A stretch of DNA of 64,000 nt from contig OX597818.1 in NCBI GenBank assembly GCA_951406725.2, positions 4,960,001 to 5,024,000 on the forward strand. The letters are read 5' to 3'. Both the position numbers and the translations under genes were made by a program. Each line of letters starts with the position of its first letter. Positions within the stretch are counted from its first letter, which is position 1. Below, in pieces: positions 26,565-41,493 of this stretch. The stretch comes from Octopus vulgaris (Eukaryota). The notes beneath the pieces were generated by a model. The model was not told the DNA's origin. It was given only the letters and a program-made list of their open reading frames with translations, and did not search any database.

Positions 26565-27244
26565 ATACATAGTTATATATGTGTATGTATAGATAGCGTA
26601 CAACCCATGTGTTCCATGGAAATGTGTATGCATCTCTCTCTCTTTCTTTCTCTCTCTCGCTCTTTCTCTCTCTCTCTCACTCTCTCACTCTCTATCTGTT
26701 TATATAAACGCACACGTGGCATAGTATAGTTTAATATGCGTGACATACGTACCATATACTTATATCTGTCTGTCTGTCTATTTATCTACCTATCTAACTA
26801 TCTATCTATTAGCAGATCGGGCCTGAATCAAATTTATATTCATACAGATACGTGCTAAGTCTGTCACTACTGGCAACATTTACAATTTATATTTTCAGAG
26901 TAAACTCCAAAGTTGCTGTAAGAATGTGATATAGATAACTGAAATAATATTGAACAATCGCGGCGAAGTTAAGATTCTTTTGATTTTCTCTTACTCCATT
27001 ATATTTTTACTCAAATCGTTTCATAGAAATCAATTCTTATGGACATCAAACCTTCGGTATTGTGTTTCAAAACTGGCAAACATTGGAAATAATAATTAAA
27101 GTGAAAGTTCTTTAAAACTTAGATATAATGTAATTAAATTTCATATTTAACTGTATTAGTTTAAAGAATAAAATCGATAGACATAGGAACTCTTAAGTGC
27201 TAAATAATATAAGATGCAACGATTTGAAATACACACACGCGTAC

Positions 27245-27334
<90 letters not shown>

Positions 27335-27756
27335 CATACATATATTTACATATACATATATGTATTTTATATGTATGTGCGTGTACATGTATATGCATGT
27401 ATATAATTATATAATGCATGTGTATGCATACGCGCGTGCACACACTTACACACACACACAGACACACACACACGCACAAGGAGACGTAATTCAAATAATA
27501 ATATAGCAAATACCTAATCATTATTTTGTGAATAATATTCTTTTACATAAGATTAACGAATACGACTGAATCAAATTTTTACAATATTTATTTTTACTTT
27601 TCTACTTTCAGTATTGATGCTGTAGTATGTATCTCATTATTAATAAAGTGCTGTAATATAATTCATGAAATACTGAGAAATCAGAATAAGAATGACTCCT
27701 TTGTAAATAATTTTTAAGAAATATGAAAGAAAATTCTAAATATCTTTTATTATATA

Positions 27757-28596
27757 CTAGCAGAATTGCCCGGCGTTGCTCGGGGCTGAATTGCTTGAAA
27801 GTACTGTTAATGATTGCACTGAATTATGATGATTATTCAGGCAAATATTGATATAAGTTTACGGTGGGAGATAAGGACTTAACGATCAAACGTGTGCCAT
27901 TGCATTGTTTTGGGGGAACCAAATTTCTGATGAGCATTATAGGGGCACCAACTTTAAGTTTGAGAAAGTGTGGTGGTAGTCCGGGGTGCTCAAAGGAATT
28001 GAGTTCCTCTATTGGATAGTTGATGACGTCCTCTGGGTCAGGAGTTGTATCGGTAGACTGATATACATAGACTTCCCCAGGAATGAGTTTTAGCATTTCA
28101 TCATTAATATGGTGAACAGTTTTATTCCTCGGGGCCAGTATAGACTTTTTGCCAATCCAATTCATATTCTGATAATTAGCTTGTAGATCTGGGAACACTG
28201 CATCTCTGAGATCAGAAGGCGTCTTAACAATGGTACAAATGGAATCGATGGCAATATTACCATTTTCATCCCCTGGTATTTTGCCTTCGCCAAGTGCAAG
28301 GAGGGTGTGAGGAAATGCTGCTGATGTGATATTACGTCGCATATGAGCACGCATATTGGTGTGAAGTTTGAGAGTTACTTCTCTTTATTTAAAATGCATT
28401 AAAATGGAAAAAAATGATGGTAAATTATTTGTAAAATCATAGACTCATCGTAGACGCGTGCTAATACCCAGAAGGGCTCGATATGAATCACGACTATAAG
28501 ATACCCGGTTTTGGTTAAACTGCATCGCAAAATGTGGGAGTAGTTAGGAATCTAAATCGGAGTAGACAGACACACAACCTTTCTTTTATATATAAA
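27757..28596 (-). mobile_element. Deleted Helitron carrying a PIF1-like helicase fragment
   Basis: The minus-strand 3' end has hairpin ccccgagcaacgccggg before CTAG. The 5' ~200 bp is homologous to 58298-58500. The internal ORF encodes a helicase fragment. Confidence 0.88.
27833..28354 (-). pseudogene. Helitron RepHel PIF1-family helicase fragment
   Basis: ILAPRNKTVHHIN...LNSFEHPGLPPHFLKLKVGAPIMLIRNL..KQCNGTRLIV. Confidence 0.9.
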
Positions 28597-29123
28597 TATT
28601 TTCGTCCTAAAAAACTTTGTATGGTTACCTCTATGGAAATATATACACGCACATTATACATACATGTGTGTATAGATGAATATATAAATACATTTAAATA
28701 TCTATATACACTTTTGGGCGATCTTTCTGTTTCTTAGAGATAACTTTAGATCTTATTTTCGTCCTAAAAACTTTGTATGGAGTGAATGGTTACCTCTATG
28801 GAAATATATACACACACGTTATACATACATGTGTGCATAGATGAATATATAAATACATTTATATATCTATATACACTTTTGGGCGATCTTTGTGCTACTT
28901 AGAGATAACTTTAGATCTTATTTTCGTCCTAAAAAACTTTGTGCGGAGTGAATGGTTACGTCTATGGAAATATATACACACACATTATACATACATCTGT
29001 GTATAGATGAATATATAAATACATTTAAATATCTATATACACTTTTGGGCGATCTTTCTGCTACTTGTATATACTTTAGATCTTATATTCGTCCTAAAAA
29101 ACTTTCCTGTCACACACTCACAC

Positions 29124-29155
<32 letters not shown>

Positions 29156-29650
29156 CCTCACACACACACATACGCACACACACACACACACACTCACACA
29201 CACGCACACACACACACACGTTAGCTTACAATTTTATTTATATATTTGCATGTCTATGTGTGTAAAAGGAAGTGGGAATGCAGAGTGAAAGAGTCACTCA
29301 CTACAAAAAGTGAATTACTTTCACTTTAATCCTTGCACACTTGCAAAGAGAAAGGAGGAGGAGAAATTAGGGTGATAGCATCAGTGAAACAGTTCGCTCC
29401 GTTTGTGTGTGTGTGCGTCTGTGTGTGCTGTAGCCCACACTAAGAAAAGCACTTGACATAGACACCACAATGTGAGTTTTCTTTAAATTTTGCTTAATTG
29501 GGGTTGAAATTTTAAAAACTGGACCTGGCACGACCCGATGCATTCTACTCTTAAAAATGCTAGGTAAATTGTAATTGAAGAAATCCTATATTGTAGATTT
29601 GTATAAGAGACAAAGGGAGGCAGATAAAATCTGCCTTTTATAAGAAGAGA
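28597..29650 (-). mobile_element. Second Helitron-like 5' segment abutting the 27757-28596 element
   Basis: The minus strand begins A|TCTCTTCTTATAAAAGG at 29650 (Helitron-type TC start) and contains the minisatellite. Confidence 0.5.
28599..29105. repeat. Minisatellite, ~160-165-bp unit, about 3 copies
   Basis: ttcgtcctaaaaa recurs at ~28601, 28758, 28923 and 29088, with conserved intervening sequence. Confidence 0.9.
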
Positions 29651-30019
29651 TATTTCGTAATTCCTTCATTTAACTTACTCCCAGATCGAAAATATCAAGT
29701 AGATCAAGTTTTCTATCATGCGTTTATTTATCACTCTGTATACAGTAGTAATGTAATAAACTTGATCAAAATTTCCTTGACGAACCCATTAATTCAAATT
29801 TGCTCGTGCCGTAGATGAATTGCGCTTCTATTAGGTAGACAAATGAAAGTAAATCGAACGAAATGAATAAGAACAACTACAACTACAATGTCTTTGAATT
29901 TCTTGTTACTATTCCTTTTCTTTCGACGTTTTTCTAAATCATCCTACACAGTATTGCCCCATACTACATTTTTTGACAGGGTTCTTGATCAATAATGCAT
30001 TATTATTATTATATGATGA

Positions 30020-30360
30020 AAACTCTCAGCTTATTTTGCTGGGTATTATGAAAAGTGTCAGCTGTCCCCAGCCAGCAGACTAAGGAGACACTTGTTTACT
30101 GGTTTCACTTCAAGATCCCTGCGCAGAATTCTTGCAGTTCAAAGCAATGTTGGTTTTTTTAGGTATGTTACATTTACATTTGCATCAGTCTTTTTAAGCC
30201 ATGTTAGTAGTTGTGTGCTGATACTTCCAAGTGCGCCAGTTACTATTAGTATCACGTCTACTCTCTTCATTGACCACAACCTTTGTATTTGCCACTTCAA
30301 ATCGTCATAAATATTCAGTTTTTCTTCTTCTTTCACATTGATCCTGTTGTCACCGGGACA
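30020..30360 (-). mobile_element. R4/Dong-like LINE 3' fragment (RLE endonuclease end)
   Basis: KEEEKLNIYDDLKWQIQRLWSMKRVDVILIVTGALG; its 3' end runs into (AAT)n. Confidence 0.8.
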
Positions 30361-30386
30361 AGCTATGTGCTATGTCAATTATCACG

Positions 30387-30387
<1 letters not shown>

Positions 30388-30453
<66 letters not shown>

Positions 30454-30454
30454 G

Positions 30455-30537
<83 letters not shown>

Positions 30538-30566
30538 ATCATCATCATCTTTTTTATTATTATTAT
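30388..30566. repeat. (ATT)n microsatellite
   Basis: Directly visible. Confidence 0.95.
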
Positions 30567-31313
<747 letters not shown>

Positions 31314-31317
31314 TATT

Positions 31318-32172
31318 TACTTTTAATCTGCATGTTTGATGCAATCACCTGCCGGGGCACACCCAGCGCCCTAGGGCAAGTGAAGGTTAAGAGTTGTTGA
31401 AATATAGCTGAAAGCTTGGGGAGGGGAAGTAGAGAAATATCTCCATGTAATACAAACACAAACATTTACATTGATAGGGTTTTTCTAAGGATGTGGGCAG
31501 TACTTGTTAGCACAATCTTTTGGATTTCCTTGAGACATGGTTTTCCAGGGATATTGTCTAGGTGTTTCTGACATCCCTTTTTTATCATACCTAGGGCACC
31601 TACAATAACAGGAACAGTTTTTGTTTTAAGATTCCACATCCTCTGTATTTCGATTTCCAGGTCCTTATATTTACTAAGTTTGTCAAATTCCTTGACAGAT
31701 ACATTTTTATCAGTGGGGACGCTTACTTCTATTAGTCTGCAGGTATTTTCTTCCCTGTCTTTAACAATTATGTCTGGTCGATTAGCCTTGATCGTTCTGT
31801 CAGTGTTGACTGGAAAATCCCAGAGGATGGTGACATCTTTACCTTCAACAACTGGCTGAGGATGGTGTTCATACCAGTTATGTCGGATTTGTAGTGTTTA
31901 TATCTTCCAATGTATATACTGTCCTACCCTATCGTGGCGATTTTTGTATTCGTTTGGTGTCAGCACAGGACATCCCGAAACGAGATGGTCTATTGTTTCG
32001 TCAAATGTGTCACAGAATCTGCATTTAGGGTCAGTACCGTTTCGGAGAACGTTAGCCTGGTAATTTCTGGTAAACAAGCTTTGATCTTGTGCTGCCATTA
32101 TGAAGCCTTCAGTCTCTGCTTTCAATCCAGAACTCTTCAGCCACTGATGGGTTGTTGCTTGTCTACATCAGC
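31318..32172 (-). mobile_element. R4/Dong-like LINE 3' fragment (CCHC zinc knuckle + RLE)
   Basis: KAETEGFIMAAQDQ..CRFC..ETIDHLVSGC..RHDRV..IHW, then RPDIIV and PVIVGALG; bounded by (AAT)n at both ends. Confidence 0.88.
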
Positions 32173-32227
<55 letters not shown>

Positions 32228-32242
32228 TGTATTACTATAATT

Positions 32243-32504
32243 GAATGAGAGAGCAGTGCTATCAAAGTAATACTGGGGTAAAATATACGAAGCACCGTAT
32301 ACCCATCATGACTACCCGTCTGATAAGGGTTAGGGTTAGGTACATCTGGCACATGCATCACAACCATATGTGCGCGATCTCATATCATAATGATCTCATA
32401 TCAAGAATAACAGCGCATGACCTAGCAGTTGGGGCCCAGTTAGAATTTTCTTCAGGTAAAGAAACCCATCTTGCTCAAAAGGTCCCTAAATAAGGTTTGT
32501 TTAA
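32243..32504 (-). mobile_element. Half copy of the 555-bp element, ending at the RTE 3' tail
   Basis: Matches 30567-30813. Confidence 0.8.
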
Positions 32505-35500
32505 TCATCATCATGGCTCGGCTTCGCGAACGAAGATCAGGAAGGCTGTCCACGTCGCGTGCATGCACGCTCATGACTGACAAGTCTGATATGGGAAAGG
32601 CAGGTTCGTGAGCAGTGTCCACAGACGAAGGTAACATCCGGTGTGGTGTCAGAGGCGGCTCGCACCTTTCTCCTGCGTCTCTTGTCTTTAAGGGCGTCTC
32701 TTCTTTGTTCCTCAAACTTGCTGACTGCGTTGAAGATCGTGTGGCGCCAGACATCACGGTCCGCAGCCAGGTCTGACCAGCATTGGTGGTTAATATGACA
32801 TGCTGTTAGAGACTTCTTGAGGCAGTCTTTGTAGCGCTTCCTCGGAGCTCCTCTCACTCGGTGGCCGGTGGAGAGTTCGCCAAAGAGGGCAATCTTTGGA
32901 AGGCGATGGTTCTCCATTCTGGAGACATGCCCTGCCCGTCGGAGGTGGTACTTCAGTAGCGTGGCTTCAATGCTGGGGATCTCGGCCCGCTCCATAACTC
33001 CAATGTTTGTGACGAAGTCACTCCAGTGAATGTTGAGGATAGTGCGGAGACATCGCTGGTGGAAGCGCTCGAGGAGACGGATGTGAATGCGGTAAGTGAT
33101 CCAGAAGAGTGATGAGAACCACGGCCCTGTAGACACTGATCTTTGTTTTGTTCTTCAGGCCACCATTGTGCCAAACACGTTTGTACAATCTGCCAAAGGA
33201 GCAATTTGCCTAAGAAAGTCTATTGTCAATTTCCTCGTCGATCCTTGCACCGGATGAGATGATGCAGCCCAGGTATGTGAACTGCTGTGTTGATTTCAGT
33301 TCGGTACCTCAAGTAGAGATGTGGGGTGGGCGGTATTCTTCTTGGGGTGTAGGTTGGTGAAGCACCTCCGTCCTCTTGCGGCTGACCTCCTGGCCAAAGA
33401 GCCGCGAGGCGTCTGCAAAGCAGGACGTGATGCGCTGCAGAGCTCGCTCTGTGTGGGCGACAAGGACAGTGTCGTCTGCGAAGAGAAGGTCTCGGATCAA
33501 CCTCTCCTGGGTCTTGGTGTGGGCTTGGAGGCGCCGTTGATTGAAGAGACTGCCATCCAAACGATACCTAACATACATCCCATCCTCAACCTCCATATCT
33601 TCAGTTGCATGCTTGATCATCATGCTGAAGAGAGTCGGTGCCAGGACACAACCCAGCTTCACGCCGTTGGAAATGGGGAAGGGCTCCGACAGGTCAGCAT
33701 TGAGTCTAATCTGACCACGCTGATTTTCGTGCAGCTGGATCACCATCTGTAGAAACTTAGTGGGACAGTCAAGTCGTTCCAGGATGAGCCATAGTCCTGT
33801 CCTGCTCACTGTGTCAAATGCTTTTGTAAGGTCGACGAAAGTAGCATAGAGTCCCCTGTTTTGTTCTCGGCACTTCTCCTGGAGTTGGCGGAGGACGAAC
33901 ACCATATCCGTTGTGCCTCTGTTAGCTCTGAAACCACACTGGTTCTCGGTGAGGCTTTCTTCAGCGACGGTTGCTACTAGCTTATTGAACAGGATCTTGG
34001 CAAGTACTTTGCCGGCAATGGAGAGTAGTGTGATTGCCCGGTAGTTGGAGCAGTCAGACTTTTCACCCTTGTTCTTGTACAGGGTTATGATGACGGCGTC
34101 GCGAAGATCCTGTGGCAGCTTGCTCTGCTCCCAGCAGCAGACAAGAAAACCATCGAGCTTGTCATGGAGCATCGGACCTCCATTCTTCCAGATTTCTGGT
34201 GGGATGCCGTCAACTCCTGCTGCTTTGCGACTCTTGAGTTGTCCTATGGCTTCAATCGTTTCTTCGATGGTGGGTGGTTCTTTGAGTGGAAGTTGACGAA
34301 TGCGAAGGATGGCAGCGTCCTGTACGGTACGGTTAGCACTGAAGAGGCTTTGGAAGTGCTCGGACCAGCGAGCGAGGATGGAGGTGTTATTGGTGAGGAG
34401 ATCCTGTCCATCTGAACTGCGTAGGGTACTCTGGACCAGGTGGGTGGGGCCATACAGTGCTTTCAGAGCCTCACAGAAGCCTCTATAGTCTCCGAGGTCA
34501 GCTCACAGCTAGGTTCTCCACGTCAAGTGGTCCCACCACTTGTTCTGCATTTCTCTGAGTTTTCGCTGCAGGGTGCTGCATGCGCGCCGAAAGGTAGTTT
34601 TCTTCACAAGACAGGCTGGTTGTGCGAGGTAGGCCTGATGAGCTGCCGTCTTCCTTGCTAGTAATTTCTGGATGTCCTTGTCATTTTCATCGAACCAGTC
34701 CTTGTTTTTCTTCTTTGTGTGCCTGAGAACTTCCATAGATGTCTTAAGGATGGCTGATTTCAGATTCTGCCACAAGGGGTCTGGGGTGGTGTCATCAGTG
34801 CAGGGGTTTGCTTGGAACTTGATTTTAACTTCCTCCCAGCACAAGCTGTCGACATTGAGTTTCTTTATGGGGTTACCTTTCTTCTTGGGTCTGGGTTTGA
34901 ACTGCAGTTTGAGCTTGCAGCGGCCAAAGCGATGGTCAGTGTGGCACTCTGCACTGGCATCACTCTTGTGTGTAGAACGCCTGTCAGGTCCCGCTGGCGC
35001 ACAAGCACATAGTCAAGTAGATGCCAATGTTTGAACCGGGGATGCATCCAAGTTGTTTTCAGACGGTCTTTCTGTTGGAAGATTGTGTTGGTAATAGCAA
35101 GTTGGTGCTCTGTGCAGAACTCGAGCAGGAGGTGCCTGTTGTCATTACAGCCACCAATGCCATGTCTTCCAAGGACTCCTTTCCAAGCCTCAGAGTCCTT
35201 CCTAACTCTTGCGTTGAAGTCGCCAAGGATTAGGACCTTGTCGTTTGCAGGGGTGTTGTTCAAGAGTCTGCGCAAATCAGAATAGAAGCTGTCTTTGTCC
35301 GCGGGAGCTGCAGTAGAGTTGGAGCATAAACATTGAAGAGAGTGAGATGTTGTTTGCTCTCCAGTGGTAGGCGCATGGATATGATGCAGTCTGAGTGGCT
35401 CGTGGGTAACGTTTCTAGTTTGGAGGAGATGGAATTCCTCACCATGAGTCCTACACCCGACACACGTTTTTCAGGTGATGGTTTTCCAGACCAGAAGAGG

Positions 35501-36583
35501 GTGTAGCCAGCGCCGCGTTCTTTGAGGCTGCCCTCGTCAGCGAAGCGGACCTCACTGAGAGCTGTTATGTCAATGTTGAGACGGGAGAATTCATGAGCTA
35601 TGAGAGCCGAACGACGTTCCGCGCGGCTGCTGTCAGCTTTGTCAAGCATGGTCCTGACATTCCAGCAGGTAACTTTCAACTCCGGCTTACTTTTCTTCGG
35701 TTTTGTTTCCATGTTTGTTCGACCACTCTGAAGATGCCCGTTGACCGCGGTTAGCCAACTGGGTATAGAGGAGACGAGCTTTGTTTAGGTGAACCTTTTC
35801 TACCGCCCCTCTCCATGTGGAGCAGGCAGTGATCTCCCTAAATAGGGCTGCCTGGTCGTTCAGGATACTACCGAGTGGTGTCGTCGCCTCCGGGTCGACA
35901 ACCAGGCGACCAAAGTCCTGAGCCGCCTACATGTAGGGTTGAGACTACGGCTTCCAGTGACATCTTCCACCTGCCGCTTTCGCCCCTTTCCCATCACTGC
36001 AGGGCTTTTAGGATGGCTGGTCACAGAACGTGGACATGTCCTCTGGCCTGCGCTAGGGAGTTTTTTAAGGTGAAGTGCAGTGCGCGCAAACTGACCCCAC
36101 CCTTTTAGCACGAGGTTCATCTGCCATGACCTAGTGAGCTGGGACGGTAACAGCGAGATCCTCGGGCCGTAGGTTTGAAGTCGGAGTTATCCTCTCCTAG
36201 GAGGGTTGCCAACCATGGCTGACAAGCCCATCCTGCCCATGCCATCCAAACTATGGCGAAAGAGAGAAAAGGATCCATGGTTTTCAGTAGGCGTATATTA
36301 CCCGGTTGCCTAGGCCGGAGTAGGGGGTTAGCTTAGGAGACCCCACCCGAAGCCTTTGACTAAAAAGTCTATCAACAAGGCAGCTGAGCGTTTGATGGCC
36401 GTTGACTACGCTGTAGTTCTTCCGCCCTTTGACAGGTCTTATTTTTTTGTCTTGCAGGGTGTCCATCTAACACCCGCCTAACCAAGCAAGCCTGGTGGGG
36501 TTGCCAGTTTAGTCGCCGACGACCTGACCATGTAACAGGTTGTACTGGACTACATGGTACCAGTAGCACTCAAGTGACCTGAC
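32505..36583 (-). mobile_element. Near full-length RTE-clade LINE (APE + RT), multiple frameshifts
   Basis: APE motifs CWNVRTM, ALSEVR, NVYAPT, LGDFNA, HLLDYVL. RT motifs NYRAITLLS, QCGFR, FVDLTKAFD, LLFADD. C-terminal CGHC..H. ~870-bp 5' UTR and a short (GAT)n tail. Confidence 0.95.
32537..35712 (-). pseudogene. RTE ORF (AP endonuclease-reverse transcriptase), disrupted
   Basis: ORF fragments 35260-35712, 34865-35275, 34509-34844, 33309-34172 and 32537-33136 are collinear. Confidence 0.93.
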
Positions 36584-36645
36584 ACATAAAGATAAAGAAA
36601 AATTAACCTACAAAAATAGCCATTCTAATTGTCAGAGGTGTGTGT

Positions 36646-36681
<36 letters not shown>

Positions 36682-36827
36682 AAGAAACAGAGAGAGAGAG
36701 AAATAAGCAACAACAAAAACATTAAGTTGTTCGACAAGCAGAGAGGGAGAGTGAAGTGAGTAAGGAGCAAAATGAAAAACTAGCAGGCTTACTTTTGAAA
36801 AAATCAATTATTGATACATTCGGAAAT

Positions 36828-37133
36828 GTTTGTTTGATAATATTGCACGAAACACCCATGTTTCCAAAGGTGAATTATTCAACTCCACTCCAATTCCTCT
36901 CAACATATGGCTATGATCTTCCCCCACTTCTTCTGCTCATGATCAGAGATGTTCATATCGTCAGCCACTAAGGGACATGGTCAACTAGTTAATGTCAAAC
37001 AACTGACAAGCAAATGTTTGGTATTGAGCAGAATATTTGCTGTAGCTCATCTTTTATACCAAAACAAAACAATGTACATGATAACACTTCCAATCAGTTA
37101 AGATGAGTAGCCATGAAAGCCACTGCCTGGTAC
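36828..37133 (-). mobile_element. Complementary half copy of the 555-bp element
   Basis: cgaaacacccatgtttcc...aagccactgcctggtac matches 30825-31110; followed by (AAT)n/(ATT)n. Confidence 0.8.
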
Positions 37134-37193
37134 ACTATTATCATTATTATTATAATAATAATTATTATAATTATTATAATAATAATAATAATG

Positions 37194-37895
<702 letters not shown>

Positions 37896-40805
37896 GGTCA
37901 CATTTTCCCCACTCTTTCCACAGAGTCTGCATTTCTGGGTGTCAGAAGTTTTATAGATGTTATACTTCACTGAATTGGTAGCGAGAAACTGCTCTTGTGC
38001 AGCAATGATCAGGCCTTCCATGGTACGCTTCAAATCACCTCGCTTAAGCGATGCTTTATTATTCTTAACGTCTTGTGTATTCCCTTCAAGCTGTCCATGC
38101 ATTCTCATTTCAAGAACGTTTTCTTTTCTCTTCTCAGCTATTTGATGAAACTCTTCCTTGCCTATAATTTTATCTGCATTTACACCCATATCGTTCGCAG
38201 CATATTGCAACAGGTTTTCATCATTATTTATCAAATACTTGGCAAGCGTTCTCCTTTCACTCCTTATACAATGGTCTATAGTAATTAGTCCTCTGCCACC
38301 ATTTTTTCTTTTCATATACAGTTTGTTTACGTTTGCTTTAGGGTGTAGCGCCCATGCAGCGCCAACTTTCTCGTCCCTCTATCCAGTGTTGATATTTACT
38401 CCTTAGTCCATTTGAGGATGGGCGCACTATATCTGACCACTGCAACTGCCCTGATATTCATTGCGATAATCAGGTTGGATTTCAACACCATCTTCACCCT
38501 TTTTTGATTCGCCTCGCTGACCTTGACTTTCATTTCTCTGTGCAGATTGTCCTCCAGTTCCCAAATCCCTTAATATCCATACCTCCTACCGACAGGCTCA
38601 CCCGCGGTCTCTCCTGATTGTAGCCGTAATCCTCTGCAGGTTGCTTTCTCCCCCCTTTACATATTAAGTGCTGAGCATTTGGTAAGCCCAAATTCTATAC
38701 CGATGTCCCTACCACACTTCTGGACTGTTTTGGTTAAGGAATCTATCTGTCTTGCAGATTTCCCAAACAATTTCAGGTCATCCATAAACAGAAGGCGGTT
38801 TAATGATGGGCCTTTCTTCTCACATTGGTATCTCACCTTAACTTTCCTAAGTCTCATTGTTATGGGTATCAGTGCAATTACAAAAAGTAACGGAGAACAC
38901 AAGTTACCTTAGAAGATTCCCCTTTTAATATTAACTTCTCCGAAGAATACATTACTCAAGTACAATTTGGTTTTTCACTTGTGATGTTGTCAGCATCAGC
39001 AAAGATTTGCAGGATTTCAATGATCCGAGAATGAGGCATCATATCATAAGCCTTCTTTAAGTTAATCCAAGCCTTAGATATGTCTGTGTGATGTTTTTTA
39101 CAATGCCTCAAAACTGTTTTATTGATGACCAGGTGATCCTTGGTACACTGAGAACTCTTCCTACATCCTTTTTGTTCCCTTGGTAGTATTTCTTCCTGTG
39201 CCAGGAAAGTGTATGACTTTGCCGCACATATTCCAGTGAGTATCTTCCAGATTATGTTTAGGCATGCTATGGGACAGTAGGCTCCCACAATATTTCCCTT
39301 TCTTCTATCTTTCATTATAAGTGTTGCCCCCCCCCAGTCACCATCTACGCAGGCACTGTACCTTTCTGGACACACTCATTCAATTGGGCTGCTAATGCTA
39401 ATCTTTCATGCACCGTGTGGCATCTCTTCAGTCAGAAGCCATGAATCTCATATGGTCCGGGGGATTTCCAGTTAGGCACTTTACCCACTTGTTCTTTCGC
39501 ATCACCCGTGTTTATGACAATATTCCTTTGTTTCTTTCCTCCTTGTAATTCTATCTTCATAGTTCCTGTCCACATTGCATCCTTTTTATGCATCACATTG
39601 TTTCCCCATAATCCGCTCCAGAACTCCTTGTCTTAATTTTTATCGGGAGCAACATTTTCCACATTATCTCCTTCTGACGTTCGGAAGGATTACTTCGGGT
39701 TAATTTTGAACAATCTATTCTCCTCGAACTGCTTATTTCTGTTCACAAATCTTCTGATCTTCTGGGTTTTGTTTGCCATGATCTTCTGTTTTAACTGCTC
39801 TATTACTGCATCAAACCCGTTCTTCCGTATTTTATATCTCTTCTCTAATTCTTTCCAGTCGGTCTTTTTCCTATTTTCCCAGTTTCCTTTTAACCGTTGC
39901 TCATTATTTCCTAGATCTTGTCTTGCCCGCATTACGTTCCTTTCCATGCGTCGTTCTCACCATGTTTCTTTTGCTTCATCATTTTTTGCTCTCTTAAGTT
40001 GTAATTCCTTCTCAACAAGTAGCGCAATAGCTCGGAGAATATTGTTTGTGTTATGTCCTCCGTCTGGATGTATGTTATGACAGTATTTTTCTTTGCGTTA
40101 CTTTCTTTATCATACTCCAATCTACACTTCTTATATTCATGGGTTTTTTTTCTTCTGGAGCATTCATCAAGTCGGTGAGTAGTCTTTGAATTTCAAGCAA
40201 TTCATTATCTAGTTGTTTTATTATACCTGCATGTCCACCCAACCACAGTATCAAGGTTTACTATATAACGTTCCTGTTCCCAATCCTTAACAGCTACATC
40301 ACCATTTCCCTGTTCCTCCTGTCTACTCTTCTCTCTGCTTTCAACTTCCACCATCCTTTGTAGCCTATCTGCAGGGTCTCTCAGACTCTCACTAATCCAA
40401 GATATTTCTACTCCAATGAAGTAACCCTAAACACTCTCACTTGGTTCATTAGTTTCTTTTCTGACATTGGACACATGTCCTTTTCCATTCAAAAGTTTAA
40501 GGTACGTCGTCCTACTCCGAGACTTCTTTCCAAATTTGCTCTTTCATGACATTCAATAAATATATCGTTCTCTTCCTTCGTCCACTCACGTCTGTTTTTG
40601 CGCACACTGTCTATGATCTGTTGTGACATAACGACCGTCCGAGGCCAGATCACTGCTTCTGAAGCAGGCGATTTCGGATGTGCCGGGCGAGGAACCTTCA
40701 CCATGATCGGCTATAGCTTCATTCTCGCCGTTAATTCTTTCCTTGTTGTGTTGCATCATGATTTCATGTCGTTCGTGGGGTTTCCACGAGAGTTGTTATT
40801 GAGAT
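37896..40805 (-). mobile_element. Long decayed R4/Dong-like LINE body (N-terminus, RT, zinc knuckle)
   Basis: Collinear fragments: RREWTKEEN, YCPIACLN, EQKGCRK, INLKKAYD, SPLLFVIAL, LFMDDLKL, GGRGL, EGLIIAAQEQ, CRLC. Confidence 0.88.
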
Positions 40806-40964
40806 TTCATCTCTCTCTTCCTCTCTTTATTTGTATATATAGGTGCACGTGTATTTACATACACATATATATATATAAATAACGTGCTTGCATTGTGTCG
40901 CCTCAATAACCACAGTGATTTTCATTACCACCATCGTTCTACCTATAGCATTTAAAATTATCAA

Positions 40965-41125
40965 TAATAATATGGATCCCGGTATATTGCAGCAGATCTT
41001 CGTCACTATTTATCAAATTCTCGGCAAGCGTTCTCCTTTCACTCCTTATAAAATGGTCTATACTACTCAGTCCTCTGCCACCATTCTTTCTTTTCATATG
41101 CAATCTGTTTACGTTTGCAGTTAAC
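40965..41125 (-). mobile_element. Short duplicate fragment of the Dong-like LINE
   Basis: LHMKRKNGGRGL..IRSERRTLA..LQY matches ORF 37869-38315. Confidence 0.8.
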
Positions 41126-41196
41126 ACTTAATACTATTTTTTGCGCTCCATGCATGACTGGAAATCCAGAGGTCATTCTCAACTAATTTTTAGTTT

Positions 41197-41366
41197 CATC
41201 ATCATCATCATCATCATCATGATAATGATCATCATGATCCTCATCATTATGATCATGATCATCATCACCATCACCATCATCACCATCATCACCATCACCA
41301 TCATCATCACCATCACCATCATCACCATCATCGCCATCATCACCATCATCACCATCGTCACCATCA

Positions 41367-41445
<79 letters not shown>

Positions 41446-41493
41446 CATCATTATTATTATTATCCTCATAATTATTATTATCATCATTATTAT
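41197..41493. repeat. Compound (ATC)/(ACC)/(ATT)n microsatellite
   Basis: Directly visible. Confidence 0.95.

Noticed and set aside
27833-28354. Host PIF1 helicase gene
   Set aside because: Intronless partial fragment bounded by Helitron termini.
28599-29105. Regularly spaced repeats suggestive of a CRISPR array
   Set aside because: The whole ~163-bp unit is repeated with no unique spacers, the context is eukaryotic and there are no cas genes.
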